The notes beneath the pieces were generated by a model. That model searched no databases. It saw nothing but the letters and a program-made list of their open reading frames with translations, and was not told the DNA's origin. The position numbers and the translations under genes are program-made. This document shows, one piece after another, positions 32,310 to 44,332 of a DNA stretch of 44,332 nucleotides (position 1 is its first letter; each line of letters begins with the position of its first letter). This DNA comes from Macrostomum lignano. Taxonomy: Eukaryota. The stretch covers positions 1 through 44,332 of the forward strand of contig NIVC01004490.1 of assembly GCA_002269645.1 (NCBI GenBank), given 5' to 3'.

Positions 32310-35300
32310 TTCGCAGAAGAAGCGGCAGTAGCGACGGCAGCCGATGACGTCACCAGGCGGTAATCCTGATCGTGAGCCTGGCTGAGCACATTCTCAATTA
32401 CGCTGTCGATTGAGTCCCTCGTACCAGCGAAGCTTTCAAATGACGAGGCAGACGCGGCGTCCGTTGCGGTTGCCGCTGTCACAGTGGCATCTGGCGCATC
32501 GGCAGCTTCATTAGCAGCTGCAGCTGCGGCGGCATCCGCCGATGTTGTCCCGCGCCGCTGCGTCGGGTTGGCCGGCTCAACTAGCGTCGTTTTGCGCGGC
32601 CGGCCCCGCTTTCTGGGAAGCGCGACAGCCGACGGAAGCGACGGCGGTGCCTGAGTTGCCGGCGATGGAGGCAGCGGAGGTGGCGGCGGAGGCGGCGGAG
32701 GCGGCGGGGTTGGAGGCGGCGACTGAGGATGCGGCGGCGACGCCGGCGACACGTCGGAAATCTCCAGCTTGGGGGTCGCAGGCTCCAGTTTGGGTCGCTT
32801 CTTAGGTGGCCGGCCTTTCTTTCGTCGACCATGTCGACGCTTTCGCGACGGAGCCGCCGCGGCCGCTGCCGCCACCGCCGCTGCTCGAGCTGCCGCAGTT
32901 GATGGCGGCTTCTTGCGCCGCTGTTTGGCTGCCGTTGCCGCTGCTGCCGCCGCCGCCGCAGCGGAGGACCTGCTTGACAGGCGATTATTTGCGGCGGTGC
33001 CGCTTGCCGCAGCGGCATGTCGCGTCCGCTTGGGCCGTCCGCGGCCGGCGCGACTGACCTGCTCATCAGTGTCGCTGGCTTCGCCGCTGCCGCCGCCGTG
33101 GCCACCACGCTGGCGGCGCAAGCAGCGCTTGTCGACTTTGACACGCAGCTGCAGGTCGCTGATGCACTCCTGCTCGGAGCGGCGGCCCAGAGTGCGCAGT
33201 TCGCCTTTGCGCTTCGGAGCTGTGAAATTTCAAGTGAAAAAAGGCTCTTTGTTCAGGGTGTCCATCAGAGAGACAGGACTCAAATAGAGGGTGTCCATCA
33301 GAGAGACAGGACTCAAATAGAGGGTGTCCATCAGAGAGACAGGACTCAAATAGAGGGTGTCCATCAGAGAGACAGGACTCAAATAGAGGGTGTCCATCAG
33401 AGACAGGACTCAAATAGAAGGTGTCCATCTGAGGGCAGGATGCCCGCCCTTTAGAGAGAAACTTACACTGGGTATCAACAGTAGAATGAGGTTACGGAAC
33501 TCCCTAAAAGACGCTAGACTCGAATAGCAAGTGAAAAGTAGACAAGCTCAAGCAGCTCACCCAAAGACTCCTGTCGGCTGGCGTGCCGATTAACGTGGTA
33601 GAGAGGGTGCTTGCGCCGGCAAAAGAAGACTTTGGTGCCGGCCGGGCACTGCGCCAGACAGCCGTCACCAATATAGCCAAGCACCTGTTCGCGACTCCAG
33701 CCGTACAGGCAATGGGCCGCCGAATAGCGTTGAAGACGATTGAATGAGCTCACTGACATTACTAGAACGTTTGCCTTGCTCCTAGCATCACGCTTGCCTG
33801 TGAGTAGAGTTTTAATCAAGTTAAAATTTTACGGATCATGCGCGCCTATCTACTTATAGTAGGAAAGAAAGTTTTCACACTACTTATTTTTATCTCTAGT
33901 AAATAAAATAATGATAGATTAATGCCAAGCAACAGCACAGCTGCTTACCGTGCGACGAAGATGCCAAAAAATCGGGTAAACTGTAGCCTTGCTCAGCCCA
34001 ATTGCCAGTTCCATTGCCGCAAGCGTCTGGCGCGATGCACTTAAAGAAGTCTTCAAGCGTTAGGGTCAGCGGCTTAGGATGACGAAGAACTTCAAAATCA
34101 ACCTGTAGTAGAGTAGTTGATTGTGAAAATATAAAAACTACAGTAATCGTGACAGTCATCAAAATCACATTTATGCATATTTTCTCCGCTATTATCCTGT
34201 AATTTAAAGCACAGAAAAACCCTTTTTAACCCGCTAATCATGATAAAAATAAAAATGGTGATGATAATGATAAAATATACTGACAGTTGTTTCAGCAAAA
34301 CCAGCATTTAGGCCATATGAAAAAGTCTTGAAACTTAACAAAACTTTATATAGTTTAGCTTATAAAAACTAAACTAAAAAGCCATTAGAATTCTTTCGGC
34401 ATGCGCTGTACATTTTGCCAAGGGGGTGGGTGGGTGCAGGGGGTTGCGATTTCATGAAACTTGTCATATTAAGTGCGCCGGCGCACGAGCCCCTCCCCCT
34501 CCATTGGCCCACCCCCAGATTCTCATTGCTATCAACCCCTACCCCCACCACCCGCCACCCAATTTTAAATCAGGCCTCGGTGGTTAGTTTTATTTGGGAC
34601 GGGCGTTTTGAGAGGGGAGGTTGGCGCTGGCACAAGGTGCGCTCATTCATTCTCTTTTCCTCCTTTTTTATTAACTAAAGTCGAGAAGTGACACCCCCCC
34701 GCAAAGGGAAGGAGAGAGGAGGGCGAGGGATGGGGGGGGGGCGGGGAGAGAAAGTCGTAAGGAAAGAGAGACTTGTGCAAAGAGCGTCCGTATCAGCTGT
34801 GTCAGCCACCCCAGACGCCTCTCCATTCTCTCTCTCCCCCTCTTATTTCTTTAGTTGTTAGTAGATTGGCTTTGGCTGCGACCGAAAAAAAACAGATACT
34901 AATAAAGAGCGCGTACGCACTACGCATTTGGGACAGAGACATAGAAATAAACCTTTGCCTGCCGTGTGGGCTGGCTGAACGTAAGGGGAAATGAAAGAAT
35001 AGCTTTTTTGTTAAGTATGATTTGGAGGAATCAAGATTAGCTAGTGAAAAAATATACTCATTTCTATAGGGGGTTGACAATTCAGATTTAGTACTGAACT
35101 TATTTTGTTAATTCAATCATTCTACAAAAAAGAAAAGAAAAAGGAAAAGGCAATGAAAATGTAAAAGAGCGTTTATGTACCGTTTACATGACCAAATATT
35201 TCTAAATTGACTGTACTCGTATAGTTGCCAACAGAAGTTTAGAGAAAATTAATGCATGGAAGTACACACAGCAGTCTGTTGAAAAATATTAACTAGAAAA

Positions 35301-35811
35301 CAATAAAGCACTCACCGGCGGCACGAAGACCCGGTGAAAGCCCACGCAGACAACGCCAGACGCAGAGATTGGCGCGTTCACCCGTTTCAGTTTTAGGCCG
35401 TAATTAGCATCACGTGACACATAGCTGGTGGGGTAGAACACGCTGACGCTGGCCATCCGGCTGATGGCTCTGTCCTGCCGCAGGCGCCGCTGTACAGGAA
35501 TGTACAAGGCCTCTAGTCTGAGCAGGAAGCACCGGCCGGCCTTGCTCAAACTGGACCAGAAGCAATCGCCAATAGAGACTCGACGACCTGGGCCGCAGCT
35601 GGCGCTGGCAAAGTAGATCTCCGAATCGTTGCTGCTCAATGCGTCCTCGAGCTCCATTGCTGGCCACCCGGATTGGCGCTTTAAACTCTCTTGGGCGAAG
35701 CCTAAAATATGCGGGCGCCCGGCGTATTAACCTATCAAAGTTACCAGCTGCTTCATAGCTTTCAGCGTGTAAGAAAGAGTTCAGGAACAATGCCTCACCT
35801 GGGGTCAACAT
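31361..35811 (-). CDS. BAH-like domain and AT-hook chromatin protein, ~870 aa; exons 35811-35799, 35701-35316, 34102-33949, 33761-33561, 33219-31361
   Basis: GT-AG junctions join in frame (phases 1,0,1,1). N-terminus RVSIGDCFW..FLLRLEALY..ASVSVFYPTSYV..HVMSVSSFNR..TKVFFCRRK resembles the BAH strand order. The last exon has the canonical AT-hook PRKRGRPRK plus KKGRPPKK and GRGRPKR, basic NLS-like clusters and Pro/Ala/His/Gln low complexity. The 13-nt first exon is less certain (alternative start ATG 35657). The BAH call is by eye only. Confidence 0.75.
33255..33430. repeat. Intronic minisatellite, 33-bp unit GGTGTCCATCAGAGAGACAGGACTCAAATAGAG, ~5 copies
   Basis: Lies within intron 33220-33560. 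Confidence 0.94.
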
Positions 35812-38800
35812 AATTTTTGACAATTATCAAGTATAATATAACTAGCTTATCTTATTAGACGAATTCATGCGATATTATGTTCATGCATGAAAAATCTTAA
35901 ATCAGAATAATAGTTGATTTTCAATTTTCTATGAGAAAAAACGCTAGCATATTAAAGCTGTCATATTTATTGTCTATGGCATTCAGCCTAATGGCCCAGT
36001 CAGAGGCTATAAATTGTTTATTGAATACGATTTGATTAAAATATGCATCGATCCGTCATTTCTCACTTATTCTTTCAACTCTAAAAGCATACATTCTCTT
36101 TTGGTTTAATGAATGAGATCTCTTGAGAATGTAGATATAGATATAATGCAGGCATTAAAACTTAGAAAATCTGTTTTCTAAATGTTTTAAAAAGTGGGAA
36201 TTCAATAATTTTCAGCTATAATAGTTACTGCCAATTACTAAACCTGCTATGCATAGAGATTTTTCTACCCCCTAATCTCCTATACTTCTCCAATAGTTAG
36301 CAGCTATGACATGGGCTAGCGAGTTCAATAACTGTGTGTGCCCATGCTCACACAAGCAATATTGGGAAGGGAGATGGCTTTTTTCATGTTTTTATTTCTA
36401 TATCACCCAATTTCTCTCCCCCGCTCAGCCTCCCTGCAGAGGCATACAGAGGCCGTACAGTGAGTGCATTGCCGAACACGCGTAGGGAAAAATACACAGA
36501 CAGCAGCAAACTAGACTAGAGACACAGGGCAAAGGAGCGAAGCGCGGGTAAAGGAGGAATAAGGAAAGAAATGTTTCACTACCAGCCCCACTCTCCCCTC
36601 TTCTTCCCTTATACTTCTTCTCTATCCCTCCACACAACCCATGTGCTGATCCACCAACCCCCTCACTAGATCGCCCCAACACAACTAGAAAAGCAACTCC
36701 CCATGCATGGAATTGATTTGTTCACTCAGTCTAAATAGGGGGAGAGGATAGGGTAACTGTATATAATGCGTTCTTATGTAAGTATTTGTAGGGACTATCG
36801 CAAAATTATTTGCTTACAGTTGGGGGGGGGGGGTGAGTGCGTGCAGAACCGGGAGGGAGAGACAGTTGATGCACAAGTATACAAAACTTTCGGAGTCAAT
36901 GATCCGCAGCTGCTACTATAGCGAGACAAAACTTGAATGCTGTTACTGCTGCCTGCTAGGTGAAATTATATTTGGCTCACTGTTATGTAAAACAGAAATA
37001 CGGGAGCTTTACTTAAAATGAGTGGCCATAGTAATTAAAACACTACTTGACAAAAATAAATGCCATCCTATAAAATTCAGGAGGCCTCTGAATAAGCAAC
37101 TCACTTTCTAGGGTGTTTTATTAGCGAACTCGAATTGTTATTCAATTTCAGATGATCAAAGTAATTCTACATGCTGCGGAGCAGACTATACTATATCAAA
37201 ACAACAGATAAAATATGTAATTACGCTCGTACGATGGACTACTTACAAATAACATTTAGGATAATTATGAAAGATCGAAATTCGAAACGCGGGCTTAAAA
37301 GTTGCTACATTATTATTTTTAGTTTATATATAATTAACTTATTTTCTTGTTCCTTTTTACGACTATTAAAGATTTTAGTTAGCTACATACGAGATTGGTC
37401 ATTGACATTGCTATTACTATTTATTAATTGTTTAAAGCGCCCAAAAACTACAAGGCTTACATAGTGTAAAGCACATGATTGGCTGAAGTCTCATTTGGCT
37501 CATATCATAGCCGTCAAGCCATGCGTTCTGTACGGCCCATGGCCACAGCCCCAGCTGTAAAGTAAGGGGGTGGGGGCTGCCAGTCTGTAAATGTACATAA
37601 ACCCGCTAGGGAGGTGGGGTTGGGCCAGTGTACAAGACGAGAAGAGGCGGAGAGAGGCTAGTTTTTCACTCCAGTTTTGCGGGCCGTCCTGACACCTAGA
37701 GTTCTATAACCGCTCGCTCCCCACCCCGCCAGGCCCACCAGAGGAAGAATCGAGCAACTCACGTGTGCGTTTGCAGCCCTCCCCTATTCGTCCAAGAACA
37801 AGCGCAGGCTTTCAATCTTTTCCGTCTCGTTCTTCTATCTCTTCTCAAGCCAGTATGGAACGGGGCTCACTTGTATAGCCTTTTTAGGCCTATAGAGGTT
37901 CTAATACTTTATTAGATTCTAATGTTTTATTAATTAAACAGTTATGCCTCAACAATTACACCTGTGACTGTGATTTATTCAACAGTGGCACGGCTGTCTT
38001 ATGCTGAGGATGGCGATATTTAATTGGTCACGGACGATCTCGAACTAATTTTTAAATGGGTCATAAATACTGAGTTTATTGCTCTAATTATTCAAACTTC
38101 CCCAACACTGCTGATAAGAGCAGTATAATTTTAGATGGGAAATGACCGCAATATTTTATTACACTCTATATGATGTCCAGACAATACCATGACCAATAAC
38201 TTGCTGATAACATCTTCAGAATTTACAAAGTATATGTATTCGCAACATTACAGTACTACATTTATTTATTATAATCATTACCATTACAATTATTGCCAAC
38301 ATTTATAAAAAATGAAAATAACAGAAAATTCTCAAAACTAACAGCATTTTTTGGCTTTTAGCTGCATGTATTCTTATACGACTTATTGGAATGTGCATGC
38401 AAGACAGAATAAAAAAATGCAGAACTGTAATCGGCGTCGCATCCCTACAAATCTCTTTATAAAGCTACTAAGCTTAAGCTTGTACTCGTAGTTAGACAAT
38501 TTGAACTGGCTATAATATTGCTTCAATCTTGCTCGGCTTGTTAGCCAGGCCTCTATATTCAAATCGCCATTTTTCTTTCCCTGCGTTACATACATCTAAA
38601 CTAATCACCCACCCCTCACTAAGTCTCCTACACTACTGCCCCCTTTTACTTCTTATCCCTTAGTCCTGGATGCACAAAAAACTCCCAGCTACCCTAAAAT
38701 ATCCTCCGACGCCCCATCAAAACCCGTCTCCCCTAAAGCACCAGGAGGATTGCAAAGCTGGGGTGGGGAGGTACGACGGAGGGGGGGGCGCCGAGGAGAG

Positions 38801-38914
38801 ACCGGGGGAATAGAGAAGGCACAGTATATTTCATTCCCTTCGCTTCTCTTTATAATTTCTTACCACTCATGCAAGCTCCGATATTATCCATTTCTCTATA
38901 TTTCTGGATAGGAA

Positions 38915-39090
38915 GCCACGTCAAATGCGGCCTACCCACCTCAGAGTGCAAGGAGCTTGGCCACTAAAGAGGAGTGGGTATCAGGCTGTAAGCTGATCTA
39001 TAGGAGAGAACGGGAGAAATGCGATTCAGAAGTGCGTGCGCGCAAATTCACGTCATTGGTGTCGTGACTCGTGTGCCATTGGCCGAAATA
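38915..39090. promoter_or_regulatory. Candidate promoter: CRE/ATF-like CACGTCA x2, CCAAT-like ATTGG x2 and a GTGCGTGCGCGCA motif
   Basis: gccacgtca at ~38915, ttcacgtcattgg at ~39047 and ccattggccg at ~39077, in a CpG-retaining patch of an AT-rich region. Confidence 0.3.
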
Positions 39091-39309
39091 TGTGAAAAGT
39101 TATTTTAAACGGGAAATTGCTTGTTGGCTCCACATTTCTTCTTTTTAGATGAAAGTATCCATTTTTGCTATTTCTTTTACAAGTAATTGAGCATAAAGAA
39201 AACTAAAAAATGCAGTTACATTTTGTTTTTCACTACAAGGAAGGAAGTTGTTAATGTGTATGCAATGAAAACACCCAAGTAAGACCATCCAGTTTTCTTC
39301 AAAACCATT

Positions 39310-40060
39310 GAACCACCCCCTGCCCCACTCACCTAATCCTTACTTCGATCAACCATTGAGCCACCCCCACCCCATTCACCTAATCCTTCGATCAACCATT
39401 GAGCCACCCCACCCCATTCACCTAATCCTTCGATCAACCATTGAGCCACCCCCCCCATTCACCTAATCCTTCGATCAACCATTGAGCCACCCCCCCCCAT
39501 TCACCTAATCCTTCGATCAACCATTGAGCCACCCCCACCCCATTCACCTAATCCTTCGATCAACCATTGAGCCACCGCCACCCCATTCACCTAATCCTTC
39601 GATCAACCATTGAGCCACCCCCACCCCATTCACCTAATCCTTCGATCAACCATTGAGCCACCCCCACCCCATTCACCTAATCCTTCGATCAACCATTGAG
39701 CCACCCCCCCATTCACCTAATCCTTCGATCAACCATCGAGCCACCCCGCCCCATTCACCTAATCCTTCGATCAACCATTGAGCCCCCGCCCCATTCACCT
39801 AATCCTTCGATCAACCATTGAGCCCCCGCCCCATTTACCTAATCCTTCGATCAACCATTGAGCCCCCGCCCCATTCACCTAATCCTTCGATCAACCATTG
39901 AGCCCCGCCCCATTTACCTAATCCTTCGATCAACCATTGAGCCCCGCCCCATTCACCAAATCCTTCGATCAACCATTGAACCGTCCCTCACTCCAGTCAC
40001 ATAGTTCTTCGATCAATCACTTAACCCATTCACCTAATCCTATCAACCAACCCTCACCCA
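39310..40060. repeat. Minisatellite, 38-43-bp unit AACCATTGAGCCACCCCCACCCCATTCACCTAATCCTTCGATC, ~18 copies
   Basis: Tandem units with a variable C-run and degenerate ends. Confidence 0.96.
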
Positions 40061-43000
40061 CCCACTCTCGTTGAACCTTTCATTCCCCGTCCATCATCCT
40101 CGAGCTCGGAACTTTATCTTAAAGTTCGAACTGACGACACTGCCATTAGCAAAAAACGATATCGAATCCTTTTTAATCAGCATTTTCGAAAAAAAAGAAT
40201 TCCGAATCGAGGCGCAAAATGTTTTATATTTTATTGGAGACAGAATGTTTAATTAATAATAATTGGTCAAATATGCATATTGAAAAAAAAGTGTAAAACA
40301 TGCAGATAATACATGAAAAGGTATGGTTCATTTTGGTGAATATGCCAATATTGTTTAGACTACCTGCTAACTAATTGTCTAATTAGTCTAATAAACTTTG
40401 CGATTTTACAAAATTATTTAATTAACTGATAATATTGATATTCGAAAGATACCAATAAAAAGAGGAATGACTAGCCAATAAAATAACTGATTAAAACATA
40501 ACTAATTATTAAAATAAATCGAACAAAAAAATCTTACCTTTCGATTTTTGCAGTACTCTTTAAATAAACAATGGACAAATTACACAATTTACCAAAAACG
40601 AGACATTTTATTCAACAAAGAAGCAAATAAATAGTGGTTTAATTTTCAGCTGATTTATACAAACGAGAAGTTAGTTATTTCAACTCTTTTAACGTAAGAT
40701 GAAATAGGGGGGGGGGGGGTATACGACAAGGGTTTTCGACACGGTCAGTAAGGACGAGAGAGTACGCGCAAAATGGGGTGTGGGGGGCGGGGGAGGGGTT
40801 GCAGCAGCTATAATAAGATGGGTCCGGCGCGGCGGAGGGAGCGAGAGAGGGTTTTATGCCATTAGAAAAAGAAATAGAGTCAGACATGGTGGGGTGGGTT
40901 GTCTACAATATTTCAAGCCCACAAACCCCGGGGAGGGGGTGGCGGGCTGGCCTACCCTCTCTCCCTAAAGCCACCCACCACCCAAAACAGTTGGTGCGTC
41001 AGTAAGGGAGAGTTCGTGCAGCGTGTGGGGGGGGTTAGATAGGAAAGTGAAATGCGGGGAAGGGTTTCGTTTAATAACACACACTTCTCTTGCCCCTAGT
41101 ATTAGACACATTTACATTGCTTTTTATTCTTAGAGGCCGTTAGTGTCGAAATTCTAAGTAAAAAAACGAAGCCAGAAAATTTGCTCACAGTTACATTACT
41201 GTCTATGCATAATCGTAAGCAATGTGCAAATTAAAGAGCTTGCTTGACCCTCAAACTCAAACGAAACGATATTTTTTCCATGTATTTCTTATGGAGAATT
41301 TTCTATTATCGTGGCCCAACCTTTTGAAGGTTAAGATATGCAATCGCATTTTTACTCGTATCTTGGTGATAAGTACTTACATATCATTAATAAGGCAAGT
41401 AGGAAGAGAAATATATCTTAGGAATAGCATGCAAAATGGTAAAAATGCATGCCCAGCAGCATAAAAAACTTTGAATATCCAGTTAAAAAGTAGTAAAAAA
41501 CGGAAAAGTTGCAGGTAGGCAGCTAGCGAGCACTTGAAATCTTAACACTCAAAACTCATAACACCAGCCTGTAGTAGATTCACAGTCAGAATAAGTCAAT
41601 GGAAAAAAACAAGCATCTGATATGAGAATTTTGATTACTTAAAAAAAGGAAATGAATCAGACAGATCCAACAGTGTTTAATATCTAAAACATTATAGTCC
41701 CTGAGATTTTAGGCGATGTGTCAAACCATGCTACTTGCAGTAGCAATGAAACAACGCAAACGGGGAAAAAGCGATTGGTCACTTCATTCCATTTGGATTA
41801 ATTCCTGAAATAATGAATGTGGATTCTCCATAAGACTCTATAGGGCAATTCAATAAGTCATTTAAACAAATTGTGTCATATTAGGTAGGTTTTTTATTTG
41901 CAGGAACATTATACAAGTTGGCACAATGCTAACAAAATTGTTTCATCATTCCTCTATTTTACAATTTCATAGCAAGACTGATAGAAAAAACCTAGAACTT
42001 GGGGTATTTTTATATTAAAAAAACAAAAAACTAGCATGGCTAGCACAGCAAACAAAATGGACACAATAACAATTTTTTGGTTGTTATTTTATGCAGAAAG
42101 TTGTCTGCAATGGCATAGCTTATTATTTAGTATTTAATGCATGTTTTATTATAACCATTCAATCCTACAAGTTGGACATAATTGGTGTATTTGTATCATT
42201 AGATATAGCTTGGTGCAATAGTTTTTGCAGAAAATAGCAAAGGTAAAACTTTATTTTGTTTTTATTACATTTAAAAGTATGACATATGAGGTAATACAAA
42301 ATATGGCAATAGAATTTGCAAATTTCTTGCAATGTGTACAATGTGGCCATTGCATGTGTTCATACATGCTGAGAGCAGTCACGTGACTACTATTCCGTCC
42401 AATAGCGACTTACATGTGTGTGAATCGCCATTGGATATTCTGATAAGATGCTAATAATAAGTTGCCTTTGCCCATAAAGTGGTTCATCTTAGTTCTTTAA
42501 GGTCAAAAGTCCCATTGTTTGTGTGATTCTTACTCAGCACAATAAGTTATGATTTGAGCACCCTTGGCTATAGATTTACATAGATATGCAGTCTATTCTG
42601 ACTTGGGTAGAAGCAAGCATCAATAGAGCTAAGGCAGCACAAACTTGCAGAGCATGGATGACTTAAGATGTATTAATGTCATGGACATGAGTATTCAATT
42701 TGTTCTATAGAAAGGCAATAATATGCCATATTCTCCATTTGGAATCTTAGTCAAACTGTCTAGATCCATGCAAACCTGATCTATATCTATAGTGCTAACG
42801 CAATCAATAAAAGAATGGTCTACTAGTTGGTGAAGCAGTTTGAGGCTAGTTAAGAAAGTGTAGCCAACTTGCCTTAGTATCTATGATGACTATGATGGCA
42901 GAAATGTGTCTAGCACATAAAAACTATGTTAAAAAGAGGACAACACCCATAGATGGGGTGAGTAATTATATACTTTTTATATAAAAGTATGTCCTTGGCC

Positions 43001-43151
43001 TAATGCTAAATCCTTTATAAACCTATTCACATTTTTCTAATTTCAAAAGTTTTAGTAACATTTTGTTGCTAAATAAAACCATTATTAAGTGATTATTTCC
43101 ATTGTTTAAATATATTTATGAAAGGTATTGCAAGCAAGTGACATGAGAATA

Positions 43152-43333
43152 ACTTTGGCCAATTGGTTTTTACTGATGTTAAAATGTATATAAACATGTG
43201 CATGATGACTTACTTAACTTTCACTCCTTGGTTAGCTACCCCATAATTTTGTTGTCTAGTATATAGCAACCCTATTCCCATTATGTACATTTTAATATGG
43301 TTTTAATGTCAGTAAAAACCAATTGGCCAAAGT
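43152..43333. mobile_element. MITE with ~33-bp terminal inverted repeats and a TA target-site duplication (Tc1/mariner-type non-autonomous element)
   Basis: TA|ACTTTGGCCAATTGGTTTTTACTGATGTTAAAA ... TTTTAATGTCAGTAAAAACCAATTGGCCAAAGT|TA, with 2 mismatches and no coding capacity. Confidence 0.8.
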
Positions 43334-43544
43334 TATATATAATGACATTACTTTTAGGATCTCCCTTATAATTAAAATCAGATAAGGCCCTAATTTTATT
43401 ATTTCTATCTTATCCACATGGCACACTGATAAGGTAGCTACCTTATCTTCTATATATACTATAGGAATAAGTTGTTATACTACAATTAAACTAGAAAAAC
43501 AAACTGTAAATTATTCATTACATAACATCTTTTGCCATGACTAG

Positions 43545-43740
43545 GGAGGGGACACGGCGGCCATGCCTCTAACTCTATGTCTAAGGACACGGCCGCCATG
43601 TCCCTAGCTACCACACTACTCTGTGCCTAGAGCCATGGCGGCCGTGTCTTTAGCTGTGTGGACTCGCTGTGTGTATGGGGACACGGCGGCCATGTTCCTA
43701 ATAATCTACTACTCACATGCCTAGGGGCACGGCGGTTGTC
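43545..43740. repeat. Cluster of 5 GGACACGGCGGCCATG-like motifs, one inverted, forming a 73-nt hairpin (43581-43653)
   Basis: CTAAGGACACGGCCGCCATGTCCCTAG versus CTAGAGCCATGGCGGCCGTGTCTTTAG: 24 of 27 positions are complementary. Confidence 0.7.
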
Positions 43741-44332
43741 TCTGAACAATGGGCTTTAAATGCAACATGATTCGATACATGTATGTAAGGTAGCTCGAAC
43801 GTTGCTGGTAGTGTCCATAAAGATGGTCAAATATTGTGTCAATCCAATATACTGAAACTCCTTTTAAATTATACTATTATATTGCACAAGTATACTGTGT
43901 CGTAGAAAGCACAAACTTGTTCGTTTGTTGTTTTATTTATTATTGCTTTTTTTGATGCGTACATATCTCAAGCATTTTTGTTGAAATTGACTGTTTGCAG
44001 AAATATAATTTAAGAATTGAACTTCTTACCTACCATGCTTAGAGTACCTTACAAAAATACATGTAGCGCCATGCAATTACTTTATATACATTTATGTTAG
44101 CGCATCCAACATAGAATGGGGCGGTTAGCGGATGCATGTACAACATAGTATATACTTGTGAGTTTTAGTATATTGGAAAAGATTGATTGATACAATATTT
44201 GACTATCTTTACGGACACTACTGGCAATGTTCAAGCTACCTACGTACATGTATCAAATCATGTTGCATTTAAAGCCCATTGTTCAGAGACAACCACCATG
44301 CCCTAGGCATGTGAGTGGTAGATTATTAAGAA

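Noticed and set aside
31384-33454. Several + strand and alternate-frame ORFs over the AT-hook exon
   Set aside because: Stop-poor shadows of GC-rich poly-Ala/Pro coding sequence.
33561-33761. LYGWSREQV as a methyl-CpG-binding domain (MBD) start, which would give a MeCP2-like protein
   Set aside because: Only the GWxRE word matches and the SPxGKxFRS half is absent. The segment fits better as an insert in the C-terminal half of a BAH-like domain.
1-40060. Tandem arrays as CRISPR arrays
   Set aside because: Units are head-to-tail with no unique spacers, there are no cas genes, and the context is spliced eukaryotic genes.
36334-42350. Short (60-100 aa) ORFs in the right-hand AT-rich region
   Set aside because: No domain similarity, no supporting splice sites and non-coding composition.

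Overview
This is eukaryotic (animal) genomic DNA. GC-rich exons with poly-Ala/Pro/Gln tracts sit in AT-rich DNA, and many of the longer introns carry their own minisatellite. That style resembles the flatworm Macrostomum lignano; this is an inference, not a search result. Five gene segments could be assembled by hand. (1) The last exon of an unidentified + strand gene (855-1037). (2) A strongly degenerate, multiply frameshifted FATP/SLC27-like acyl-CoA synthetase gene (-, 2844-6020). (3) An intact 6-exon cysteine string protein, DNAJC5 (+, 7619-12154). (4) A Shaw/Kv3 voltage-gated K+ channel (-, core 18554-29614), with candidate extra 3' exons down to 13231. (5) A BAH-like-domain plus AT-hook chromatin protein (-, 31361-35811). 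About 20 unrelated tandem arrays (7-58 bp units) account for most long ORFs in the supplied track, and those ORFs are artefacts. Most interesting signals: several arrays appear to be amplified copies of the splice junction they abut; the Kv3 stop codon is followed 22 nt later by a strong phase-1 donor with an in-frame GC-rich exon 2.9 kb downstream; the Kv3 tail is built from symmetric phase-1 cassette exons; and the FATP-like protein has lost every catalytic motif. There is no evidence of prokaryotic systems, CRISPR, rRNA or tRNA.
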